The position numbers and the translations under genes are program-made. DNA of 64,000 bases from Macrostomum lignano. Its lineage: Eukaryota. Below, one piece after another: positions 23,347 through 35,300 of the stretch. The notes under the pieces are model-generated. The model worked only from the letters and a program-made list of their open reading frames with translations, was not told the DNA's origin and did not search any database. The stretch's first letter is position 1; every line of letters begins with the position of its first letter. The stretch is from assembly GCA_002269645.1 (NCBI GenBank), contig NIVC01000027.1, positions 496,001 to 560,000 on the forward strand, given 5' to 3'.

Positions 23347-26300
23347 TTAGAACGAAGAGCCCTCGGGCGGCTGGGACAGCTTGGCATTCTCTCTAGCGGT
23401 CATCTGGCGTCTCAGCTCTTGCAGCACAGTCTTGATGTGGTAGCCCCTGCGCCATTGAGCCAGACTGGGCAGCTTCCTGCCGTCCACCAGCCCTGTAGTC
23501 TCGTGTACACCGTTCATCTTGATGCGACTGATGAAGCGCACGGTTGGAGGCTAGTCAGGGGTGGTTGGATGTGAACGGTATATGGCTATGTGAATTCTGG
23601 CGCACTTTTCTCTCGAACTCTGAACTACCCAAATACTGATATTCGAATTCTGAATGACCTGAGTACTGATATTCGAATTCTGAATTACCTGAGTACTGAT
23701 ATTCGAACTCTGAATTACCTGAGTACTGATATTCGAATTCTGAATTACCTGATATTCGAATTCTGAATTACCTGAGTACTGATATTCGAACTCTGAATTA
23801 CCTGAGTACTGATATTCGAACTCTGAATTACCTGAGTACTGATATTCGAATTCTGAATTACCTGAGTACTGATATTCGAACTCTGAACTACCCAAATACT
23901 GATATTCGAATTCTGAATGACCTGAGTACTGATATTCGAACTCTGAATTACCTGAGTACTGATATTCGAACTCTGAATTATCTGAGTACTGATATTCGAA
24001 CTCTGAATTACCTGAGTACTTATATTCGAACTCTGAATTACCTGAGTACTGATAATCGAACTCTGAATTACCTGAGTACTGATATTCGAACTCTGAATTA
24101 CCTGAGTACTGATATTCGAACTCTGAATTACCTGAGTACTGATATTCGAATTCTGAATTACCTGAGTACTGATATTCGAACTCTGAATTACCTGAGTACT
24201 GATATTCGAATTCTGAACTACCTGAGTACTGATATTCGAATTCTTTAACTAGCCCGAGCTGTAATCCATAAAGTACATTAATAAAGAAACAGGCGCCTCT
24301 CACCTGTTCAGGGTAGTTGGGACCGCAAGTGATGTGCAAATTGTACATTCGATTGTCATATGGCGTCTTTGGTGGGCCCAGAATCATGCCAATCCAATTA
24401 GTAAGAGTCTGGTCATTGTCATTCTCAAGGCCCCAGCTTATTGTGCCATCTTGAGTGCCTTTCTGACCTTCGTCCAGTTCTTCCAACAGGTAGAAGCTGC
24501 GCGGCACTTCAACTGGTATAGGAATGATAAAATGATGAAACTTGTTTTAAATATTTTAATATAATGGTAAAATAAGGTGGTTCTTGCTATTGAGCTTACT
24601 AAGCTTATAACTACTATTATAGAGCTTCCATATATTTCACTAGTGTTGCCAAATCGTGCAAAGAAATTTGTTTCATTACTTAATTACCAAGAAATCTTTC
24701 TATTAAGTCAGCACAATTATTCCCATAGTCTTCTGCTAATAATAATAACAATATCCACATAGCATCATGCCATTAATGTTCTGCTTATTTGCATGGCAAC
24801 TAAATTATAATTAGTATAATATACACTTAAATGTGTTTAATAGTTAGGCATGGTACATGCTAAAAATAGTAGGTCCCTTCCTACATATTATAATCACAGA
24901 TACTAGAATAACCAGATGGGCCACTCAGCACATTTGCGTGTAAGCTACTTTCAATTCAGTAGTAAGTTAAGCGGAAGCATTTTAATGATTTTTTAAAGCC
25001 AAAGCTCATTTATTGGCTCTTACCCCCCATTTAAACCTCCAACTGCCCTTTTCCACTCAACCCCTGACCTGCCCTACCCCAATTTTTATTGCCTTTCTCG
25101 GAATTTCCAGCCTAAAGCTGCCATGTATGTACATTCAGTGGACTGGCTAATGTACATTATTGCTTGCTTAACCAATTAGCAAGTTGTTTATGCTTGCAAG
25201 CTTGGTCTTTCAGCTGCCTTTATTTTTTATAAAATAGCTTACATGTTCTTCTTTGCTACTGAACTGAAAGTAGAAAGCTGTTTTACTAAGTATATATGCC
25301 TGAGTGGTCCATCTAGTTCTTTTATTATCTGTGATTAATTAAGCTACTATGTAAATTAGCATAGCATTATTGGTATGGCACTAAATAGATAATATTGTTG
25401 TTATTAGAATGGTATATGCTAAGAGTAGCAGGCCCATTCCTACATATATAATTTAGTTGCTATACTAATAAGCAGAGCATTATTGGCATGGTGCTATGTG
25501 GATAATATTGTCATTATTGGCATAAGACCATAGTAATAAGCATTGCATTTTAGTAATGACAAGTGTCCAAGCAGTCCCCACTCAAGAAAGTGTGGTGAAA
25601 ATTCTAGCATACATAAACAAAATGTGCATGAAGTGGCACATACTATGCACAAGAAAAATGTTTATAAAAAAATTAAAAGTGCATAGTAGTGCCTAGCTAA
25701 AGCTGAGTAGCAATATTTAGCTTTACAATGGGTCATCCAAAATGTATAATCTATATGTCTACATGAAATATGTTTTTAGATCATTTTCCAGGGCATAATT
25801 TGATGTGTCTATTAGATAATAGTTTCTTAGTTAATTAAACAAATTATTAAAATATAAAATAGCATATTATCATAAAGTTTAAGTTGATTTTTTTGATAAA
25901 TTTTAATATAAGCTAAAATAAAACCAATTTTTTACTTAAAAAGCCCAAAAAAGCTAAAAACATTGATTTGTTATTTTTACTTTTAATTTAATCCAAATTT
26001 TATTGGATTTTCTAAAGTTACTAAGCATTGGTGCTCTAGCTATGCATATGTCAAAAAACAAATATAGGCCCTAGCACACAATTTGTAACTTTAACATTGG
26101 TATAATGCATACCAAAAATATGCTAAAATATATTCCTGCATAGACATGACACATTACTAAGTACGAGTATGAGGGATACTCCAAAAGTTTTGCAATTCAA
26201 CCACTTGCGCAAGTTGCACAATCTTCAAAACCAACTCTCTGTACAATAAACATGTACATAGTCTCCACCTCAAATTTCAAGTGAATTCATACATATATGC

Positions 26301-29300
26301 CTGCTCAGCCCCCAGTCAAAGTCAAAGACTCCTTAACTGTAGCTCGTATAGCTGCAGCCATGGAATTGATTTGTGAGCAGAATCGGCTACTAATTTGGTA
26401 CTGCCACAAGCGAAAGCTCACGGCGCTTGAGACTCATGCCAAGCTACTAGCAACATTGGAGGCTCAAGCGCCGTCATATGCTATAGTTACACGCTGGTAC
26501 CGCGAGTTCCAGGCCGGCAAGACCAGCTTTTCTGATGACCCCTGGCCCGGGAGACCACTGACAGCAGTGATGGAGGAAAACATTGCTGCAGTGCAGGAGC
26601 TGATTCATCAGGATCCGCAAATCACCATGGACATGTTAGCTATGAATGTTGGCATTGGATTGGCAATGGTCAATACGATTCTACACAATCACCTGAGAGT
26701 CAGGAAGCTTTGTGCCCAATGGATACCCCAAATCCTGACAGATGCTCAGAAACAGGCCTGCATAGAGTTCTGTCAGTTTCTCATTGATTGATATGAGCAC
26801 GGGAGCCATCAGCACTGCTCTGAAGTCATCACTGGTGATGAGACGTTTCTCTATCATTTTGACGTCAAGAGAAAGCATAGCAGTGCAGAGTGGGTACCGG
26901 AAGGTGGGCAACGACCCCTGAAAGCAAGGTGGTCCTGGTCCCAGGGCAAGCGGATGTTTGCCATCTTCTTTGACCCGGTTGAAAAACTTAGCGGGCCTCA
27001 GTGGGCTTTTGAGCGGGCCATTAGCGGGCCGAAGCGAATCGGCCCGTATTACAGGCCTTTTACAACAAATTGGCCCGCTGAAACCCGGCCTGCTCTGAAG
27101 CCCGCTGATTAGCCCGCTAATGGCCCGCTCGAAACCGATCCGCAGATCGGCCCGCTGATTAGCCCGCTGGTTGGCCCGCTCACTGGCCCGTTCTAAACCG
27201 GCCCGCTGCGCGGCCCACTGGTTGGCCCGCTGGTTGGCCCGTTCTAAACCGGCCCGCTGGTTGGCCCGTTGGTTGGCCCGCTCAATGGCCCGTTCTAAAC
27301 CGGCCAGCTGCTCGGCCCACTAGTTGGCCCGCTCACTGGCCCGCTGGTTGGCCCGTTCTAAACCGGCCCGCTGGTTGGCCCGCTGGTTGGCCCGCTCAAT
27401 GGTCCGTTCTAAACCGGCCAGCTGCTCGGCCCACTAGTTGGCCCGCTCACTGGCCCGCTGGTTGGCCCGTTCTAAACCGGCCCGCTGGTTGGCCCGCTGG
27501 TTGGCCCGCTCAATGGTCCGTTCTAAACCGGCCAGCTGCTCGGCCCACTAGTTGGCCCGCTCACTGGCCCGTTCTAAACCGGCCCGCTGGTTGGCCCGCT
27601 GGTTGGCCCGCTCAATGGTCCGTTCTAAACCGGCCCGCTGCACGGCCCGCTGGTTGGCCCGCTCACTGGCCCGATCTAAACCGGCCCGCTGCTCGGCCCA
27701 CTAGTTGGCCCGCTGGTTGGCCCGCTGGTTGGCCCGTTCTAAACCGGCCCGCTGGTTGGCCCGCTGGTTGGCCCGCTGGTTGGCCCGTTCTAAACCGGCC
27801 CGCTGGTTGGCCCGCTCAATGGTCCGTTCTAAACCGGCCCGCTGCACGGCCCGCTGGTTGGCCCGCTCACTGACCCGTTCTAAACCGGCCCGCTGACTTG
27901 TTGTGAACGTGATAATCTTATCAAATGGTGTATAAACTTGTACGTGTAAACTTTTGCGGTGTCTTGGCGCTCGGGCAATTATTTGATTTGTAGAGCACTA
28001 ATGCTGTCCAATAAACTGTGCATACACAAATTTCATGATGACATGTACAATGAGTGTGTCAATTTTATTTATTTTTATCGCCTCATACGCCCACAGCAAT
28101 TTGTATATCGCGCTACGTTGTGACGTATGTACTTCAGATATCACCCAGTTTAGTGTGAAACCATTGCTTCGCCCTTTGTTGGCTCTTGGGCTAAGATAGC
28201 AAACTGATTCAAACTGATAGTAGAATGATGGTATTTGTTAATTAACAATTTTAGTACGGATTCTCTCCTAGTCACACAGGTATTCAATTTCTTCATTTTC
28301 AGTCACTTGAACGACTAAAAGAGCTCGACAAGAAGTCAGTTGCCATCGCACGGCGCTTCAGTCGACTCAAAGAATCACTCAGACAGACAGTTGCGGCGAC
28401 AGCCCGTCCGACACGAGCAGAAGCTTCAGTGAGCCATTTACTAACTGCAACTCGGACCACTCATGACGTACCAACCACTCATGACGCGCAAACAAGCAAC
28501 AGTGTAGCCAGTGTTGGCAGCAGCTGGCAGCCAGCATTGGCAACAGGTGGATGTAGCAGTGGCGTCCAGACTCCCATGGTCGTCGAGCCTACCGGCTCGC
28601 AGTATTCAGACAACGACGATGAGGACGTATCTTCTAGATCTATCGTTGAGGAACCAGGCGAAGAAGCTCCAGATGACGACTATTGGAGTGGCGCTCCAAT
28701 GGCGTTGGACGCCATCGAGCAGTGCGACGATTGTGAGGACGCTCCCTAAAGCCCACGACGCCACTTCAACGGCGCTAATCGGCTCCGATATGAGCACGGC
28801 CGTGTCCGCGGAGCCGACCGGCTCTACTACAAAACGGAAAGCCGAAGCCAATGCCGATAGGCATCGGCATCGCGAATCTCTATCTGACTCATCGAGCGAG
28901 CCAGATCTAGAGTCGAGAAAGGAGATGCGGCATCGCAATAGGGCCGGTGGACCACCAAAGGCTAAGGCGCCCCGTGTCATGGTCATCCACAAAGCTATTT
29001 GGTGGGTGCTCACGTACACTAACACCGGCAAAGTTATGGCCATCGACCAAAAGTGCATCGTCGACCCGGACCCCGTAACACGAACAGTCGGCGTTAAAGT
29101 ACAAGTACGGACTGGCCATAGCCCGAGTGCAAAAACTTTCGACGCTTTCCTGACAGCCGGGCCTTTTCCGGATAGGAAGTCCACCTACGCTGCCCGGGAC
29201 AACCTGGCCAAATCGGCAACTTTAATGGGGTGGGGCTCTGCAGGCGCCTATAGGCGCGTGCAACCCGTTATAAATCACCCTGATGCCGGATGCCCGCGCT

Positions 29301-32300
29301 GCCGGAACCTCGACATCGAATGTCGTGACCTACGTGAGGCAAATCGAGAAGAGACGGACAAGCGGGGGGCTGCTGAAACTGATGCAGCCAACCTGAAGAT
29401 TGAGAATGAGGCCATTCGGTCTGAGAATGAGCAGCTGAAACAGGAACTGGCACAGAAAGATGACGTGCTGCAAAAGTATGACACCCGTCTTGCAAGTTCC
29501 ATGCATGCGAATTCTCAGATACTTGAGACGCTACGGTTCGTCACGGCGCAGGCGCGGTCGGCCAACGAGGTGGCACGTAGAACTACAGAATCATGCAGCC
29601 ACCTCGAAAGTCTGGTGCGCTCTATTAGTGACTACGAAACGTTGGTCGCTGGTTCGAGTACTGCACCCGGAGAGTCGTCATCAGCTGCTGCCGATATCGG
29701 CATCGATGCCGAGCCAAGTGGCTCGACGTCATCGCAGCTTACCAGTGGATTTGTGAGCCACGCCATTGCGATGGCAATCGCAAATATATCGACCTCCATG
29801 ATGGGCAACCAGTCGTCGAAACGTGTGCCGCTGATAGCTGCATTTCCCGGTGTCACGGTTTGTCCGTTGGCCCTGACAAAATTGGAAGCCGCAGCAGTTG
29901 AAATGCGAAAAGCCGCAAACAATAACAAGATTCGCAGACGAGCCATTCGGCTAGTCATACTTGCTGTGTGCCCTGAGCAAGACCTGCGAACCGCATCTTG
30001 GGCTGGTCGACAGGTGAAAGGAGAGAAAGCGGCCAACCGGGTTGAGCTGGATAGCTCCAAGAAGGCGGCCATACGGTCCTACCTGGCCAGTAAACTGGTC
30101 TCAGAGGAGGACAAAAAACTATTCACAGACGCCGAACTCGGCGAGGTCTTCCGCCCTACAGTCAGGACCGTACGGGATCGGGAGAGTTCGTCTGCGAAAA
30201 GTGGCGCCTGCGCAGAAAATGAAGAGGAAAGCGAGTAGTAGAGACTAGGCCTCGATTGTGGTGACAATTTTTCACTATGCTGACAAACATTACTTTGGGT
30301 TGAGAATAGACTCTGAGGCTAGGGTTGCTCTTTTATATATTAGCTCTTTTAGCTCAGATAGCTCTATTAGCTATATTAGCTCTTTTAGCTATTCGTGCCA
30401 CCATGAAAAAATACTAGTATTCAATTTTAACCTTAACATCTCTTTGTTTTTACCAGATCCGATGAAGTATATTCCCGGTTTTTATAAAAAAGCTAATTGT
30501 ACGGCTCATCGGTCTGACTTAGAAATCTCATGCTTATTTTGCTTCTTTACTTATTTTTTTTGTTCGTTCAGCGGGCCAACCAGCAGGCCGGTTTAGAACG
30601 GGCCAATGAGCGGGCCAGCCAGCAGGCCGGTTTACAACGGGTCAATGAGTGGGCCAGTGAGCGGGCCAACCAGCGGGCCAACCAACGGGCCAACCAGCGG
30701 GCCGGTTTAGAACGGGCCAACCAGCGGGCCAACCAACGGGCCAGCCAGCGGGCTGGTTTAGAACGGGCCAATGAGCGGGCCAGCCAGCAGGCCGGTTTAG
30801 AACGGGTCAATGAGTGGGCCAGTGAGCGGGCCAACCAACGGGCCAGCCACCGGGCCAAACAACGGGCCAGCCAGCGGGCCGGTTTAGAACGGGCCAGTGA
30901 GCGGGCCAGCCAGCGGGCCAACCAACGGGCCAACCAGCGGGCCGGTTTAGAATGGGCCAACCAGCGGGCCAACCAACTGGCCAGCCAGCGGGCCGGTTTA
31001 GAACGGGCCAATGAGCGGGCCGGTTTAGAACGGGCCAATGAGCGGGCTGGTTTAGAACGGGCCAATGAGCGGGCCAGCCAGCAGGCCGGTTTACAACGGG
31101 TCAATGAGTGGGCCAATGAGCGGGCCAACCAACGTGCCAACCAGCGGGCCGGTTAAGAACGGGCCAATCAGCGGGCCAACCAACGGGCCAACCAGCGGGC
31201 CGGTTTAGAACGGGCCAATGAGGGGGCCAATCAGCGGGCCAGCCAGTAGGCCGGTTTAGAACGGGCCAATGAGCGGGCCAGCCAGCAGGCCGGTTTACAA
31301 CGGGCCAATGAGCGGGCCAACCAACGGGCCAACCAGCGGGCCGGTTAAGAACGGGCCAATCAGCGGGCCAACCAACGGGCCAACCAGCGGGCCGGTTTAG
31401 AACGGGCCAATGAGGGGGCCAATCAGCGGGCCAGCCAGTAGGCCGGTTTAGAACGGGTCAATGAGTGGGCCAGTGAGCGGGCCAACCAACGGGCCAGCCA
31501 CCGGGCCAAACAACGGGCCAGCCAGCGGGCCGGTTTAGAACGGGCCAACCAGCGGGCCAGCCAGCGGGCCCAGAAGCGGGCCGTGGAACGGGCCGATTTG
31601 AGAGACTCGTTGATTTGGAAAAATGAGCGGGCTTTTAGAGCGGGCTTTTCTGACACGAAGTGGCCGATGAGCGGGCCAATTTCAATGGGCTAATCCAGTA
31701 TTTTTTTCAACCGGGTGACTCACAAGGCGTGGTGGCGATGGTGAAGCTGGAGGGTCAAGCTATAGTCACTGCTCAACGGTATACTGAAGAGTGCTTGCCT
31801 GTCGTGATCGACAGCGTGACCCAGAGGGAGCCAAGGACGGGAATGCGAGGACAGAAACTTTACCATGACAATGCCCCCGCCTACACGGCTGCTGCAACTT
31901 GAGCATTCCTGGACCAAGAGGGCATTTCAACGCTACCACATCCGCCTTACTCACCAGACCTTGTTACCTGCGACTTCTGGCTCTTTCCAGAAATCAAAAA
32001 GTCGCTTAGGGGGCGCAGGTTTCAGTCCGACAAGGAGCTGGAGCAGGCGGCAAAGGAGGCGATTGATGGCATCCCAATTGAAGCCTTCCAGGGCTTCATG
32101 AACAAGTGGCTCGGATGAGTGCACAAGTGTTTGCAGTTCCGGGGAGCCTACTTTGAAGGATTGTAATAGAAAAGTTTGGCAAAATTAACTTTAAATAGTT
32201 GAATTGCAAAACTTTTAGAGTATCCCTTGTATAACCAAGCATTATAGCATTATAATTTAAACTTCAAGTCCAAAATTATGGCATTCACTATAATCAACAG

Positions 32301-35300
32301 TGACTAATGATAGGCTTTACACTAATTACACTATATTACCTTACCAGTCCATAGTCAAGAAGATAGCCTCTTTCATAAAAAATTATATCACAAAAGGATG
32401 TTGAAAGACGAAAGTGCACCAAACTGGCACATTCTAGCGCAATAGCAAGGAAAGAAAAATCTAGTGCAGTATGGCACTGGCGCAAGACAAAAAACTTTTG
32501 GTAAGACAATATTTTTATAGATAGAAACAAGCACTTTTTTGTTAACTAGTGTATGGACAGCTTTTCCAATTAAAGAATGGTAACATTGAGTTTCTATAAA
32601 ACAGATTCAAATATGAGTTTTATAGATATTCTTCAAATGGAAAATATTGATTTTAGTGTTTTTTGTTTTTTTTGCAAAAAAAAAGATTTAGGCATATTAA
32701 TAGTTAGGAGGGTTTCTTATATGCCAGAATTTTCTGGCATGCATTTGCCTTTCATATGTCATTGGTATGTATATTTGGAATGCTTAAATCTTAAAGAGTT
32801 ATAAGGCATACAAAAATTAATATAAAAAGCAATTTGAGAATAGGTGCAAGTATCTTCTAGTTTCTATAATGTAAGGTAGAAAGGTAGAAAGGAAGAAAAA
32901 AGTGGTTAAGAGGTAGCAAGAATATAAACAAAAATATTAATTAAACATGTTAGTGCCATTTTAAATAATTTAGGTACTAGAACTTTAGGTAATTGCAAGC
33001 TTTTGTAGTGAAGTAATAGATATGACACTGGATCTGTCACCAAACCTTTTTGGTGACAGATCCATACTGTAACAGCAACACAGATTGTATAGCTTCAGTT
33101 TTGTAAATATCATTTTATAAATTATAATTTCCTTGATTACATTGACTGAGGACATTGGAAGCAATTGTGAAAAGCAAACCAAAATTGAAACAAATCAATG
33201 CAGATAAGTAACAAAGCCACATAATAAATTATGGTCAAACAATATATATGGTAAAATAAAGCCAAAAAATCAAAGAACACAAATGTACAAAATTGCAACA
33301 AATCAGAATAAAACCACATAACATTTGTACACTATCCTATAGAATTGTTTGTTAAATTATCTTTTTTGCTTGACTTTGATTCCTTTCTATTTTCAAAGTC
33401 CAAACATATAAACAAGTTAACAAATTAATAGTTTAATATGTATTGGCAGCAAAATTGTTTGGTATAGTCAATCACTACACTAAAACTAGCTATACCTCTA
33501 TTGGTGGCACAACAACTTGAGGCTACTAGTTGTCTAGCTATCTAGAGAGTAATAATCCAAAATAAAAAATCAAGCAATGCTTGACTTGAATCTTAGTATT
33601 GACAGCTTAGTAGCTAATTTTTTTATTTCAAAAACAATTTCCCTTTAAAGGTCCTCCTGCAATTTTACAGCCCAATTTCAGCTATAAACACATTTTTATA
33701 CTTTGTCTTTGTGTATGCAAAACTGATACTATTTTAGGAATTTTTAGAACTTCTCTAAGCTTTAGACTATACAAAGCAAAAAAAAATTGCATGCATGGTG
33801 TATACTTGGGACTATAAGGCATAATGGTTATTATAACAATATACAAGGGGTGTCCCAAAAGTTCCCGGAATGTCTAACGTAACTCTTCAACAGAGCCATG
33901 AAATTTCACGCCCATGGTGTCAAATGAAAGGAAATTTTGTCACAAAGAATACAAAGTTAAAATCATGTTGATATCTTTTTTATTCAAGAGCTACAGCAAG
34001 AAACTTGCGCAAAGGTCAGGGGTAGTGTTACACAACCTTAACAATCTATGGCAATAATTTTTTCATCTCCATTTTTGGATTTTTTCATTTTGAATTCATT
34101 CACAGCAGACTGGCCATCTCTAAAGCGTTCGATCCATCCGTAAATTGCAGTTTTTTCAGGCTGTTCTCACCGTGGATTGAGAATAAGTGGTCAGAAATCT
34201 TGGCTCCACTCCATCCTACTGACCAAAGGGCAAAAACTTGACTTCGCTGACTTTCAAGGCTTTGAAGAGAACTCATTTTCGCAAAAAAATTTCAAGTTGA
34301 AAGCAAGCGCTTGGTACGAATTATCTGCACTCGTGCAAAAGCTCAGATTAGCTTTATGAGCATTTCTGCTTTTTTCCATAGACACTACCATGTCTTTCTA
34401 ACACGTCAGTAGCATCAAGGGGGGCGTAGCCCAGCGGTAGCGCAGCTGCTCTGGTGTGCCAGTGACCCAGGCTCGATTCCAAGTGCAGTCACATTAATTT
34501 GGGGCTAAATTGGAATCTCGGCTTGGCTCTGCTCGTGTAATTAATGGCCTTGAGAGCCAACCCCCAAGGCGCAGTGAAGTGTACATGCCTAATGATAATA
34601 TAAAGTTAGGGCCGCTGTACACTCCTGAGTGAGTGTGTGCCTGCGTATGTATCCGCGCGCTTGTATGCCTGCTCAGGGGAGTCGGCGGAATGGGCAGCAA
34701 TGCCTCTCGCTGGTTGTGTGCCTCTGTCGCTTAAAGTGCGCCAGGGTGCACACAACCCCCCTGCCTCTAATAAAAAAATAATAGTATAATCAAAAAAGTT
34801 AGTGATAAAATTTTTGCTTTTTTAAAGTTAGTGTAAATAATTGCTAAGAACATAAATTTTACATTATAATTTCTGTAGGTTTAATTTATTTATTTTTTTA
34901 TTAGAGGCAGGGGGGTTGTGTGCACCCTGGCGCAATTTAAGCGTCATTGGCACACAACCGGCGAGAGGCATTACTGCCCATTCCGCCGACTCCCCTGAGC
35001 AGGCATACAAGCGCGCGGATATGTTACGCAGGCACACACTCACACAGGAGTGTACAGCGGCCCTAACTTTTATCAATTGTTAGGCATGTACACTTCACTG
35101 CGCCTTGGGGGGTTGGCTCTCAAGGCCATTAATTGCACAAGCGAGCCAAGCCAAGATTCCAATCCAGCCCCAAATTAATGTGGCTGCACTTGGAATCGAG
35201 CCTGGGTCGCGGCACACCAGAGCAGCTGCGCTACCGCTGGGCTACGGCCCCCCTTTAGGTTTAATTTATTTTAAGTTTGTTTTAAGTGAAAATTTTATAA

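Larger units (their letters stand above)
26974..31715 (+). mobile_element. 4742-bp TIR element with 3-bp TSD, probably CMC/EnSpm (CACTA)-like, with no transposase
   Basis: 13-bp TIRs CCCGGTTGAAAAA (26974) and TTTTTCAACCGGG (ending 31715); TGA duplicated at 26971-73 and 31716-18. Removing the element restores mariner TTC TTT GAC TCA. The superfamily is inferred from the CCC terminus, 3-bp TSD and subterminal arrays. Confidence 0.88.
26360..32166 (+). pseudogene. Mariner transposase pseudogene (26360-26973 plus 31719-32166)
   Basis: [26 protein letters not shown]|[29 protein letters not shown] (34 residues between the last two Asp), GAYFE. In-frame TGA at 26789, 31900 and 32116. Confidence 0.93.
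26170..32229 (+). mobile_element. Mariner (DD34D) transposon, inactivated, interrupted by a nested element; lies in UBE2V intron 1
   Basis: 32-bp TIRs TGAGGGATACTCCAAAAGTTTTGCAATTCAAC (26170-26201) and 32198-32229 (3 mismatches); TA at 26168-69 and 32230-31. Confidence 0.95.

Noticed and set aside
23551-24507. 318-aa UBE2V-repeat fusion as the main product
   Set aside because: A canonical intron restores a full-length 142-aa UEV; the read-through is kept only as a possible isoform.
34419-34492. Functional tRNA gene
   Set aside because: Acceptor and anticodon stems do not pair, and the head continues into a SINE body and tail.
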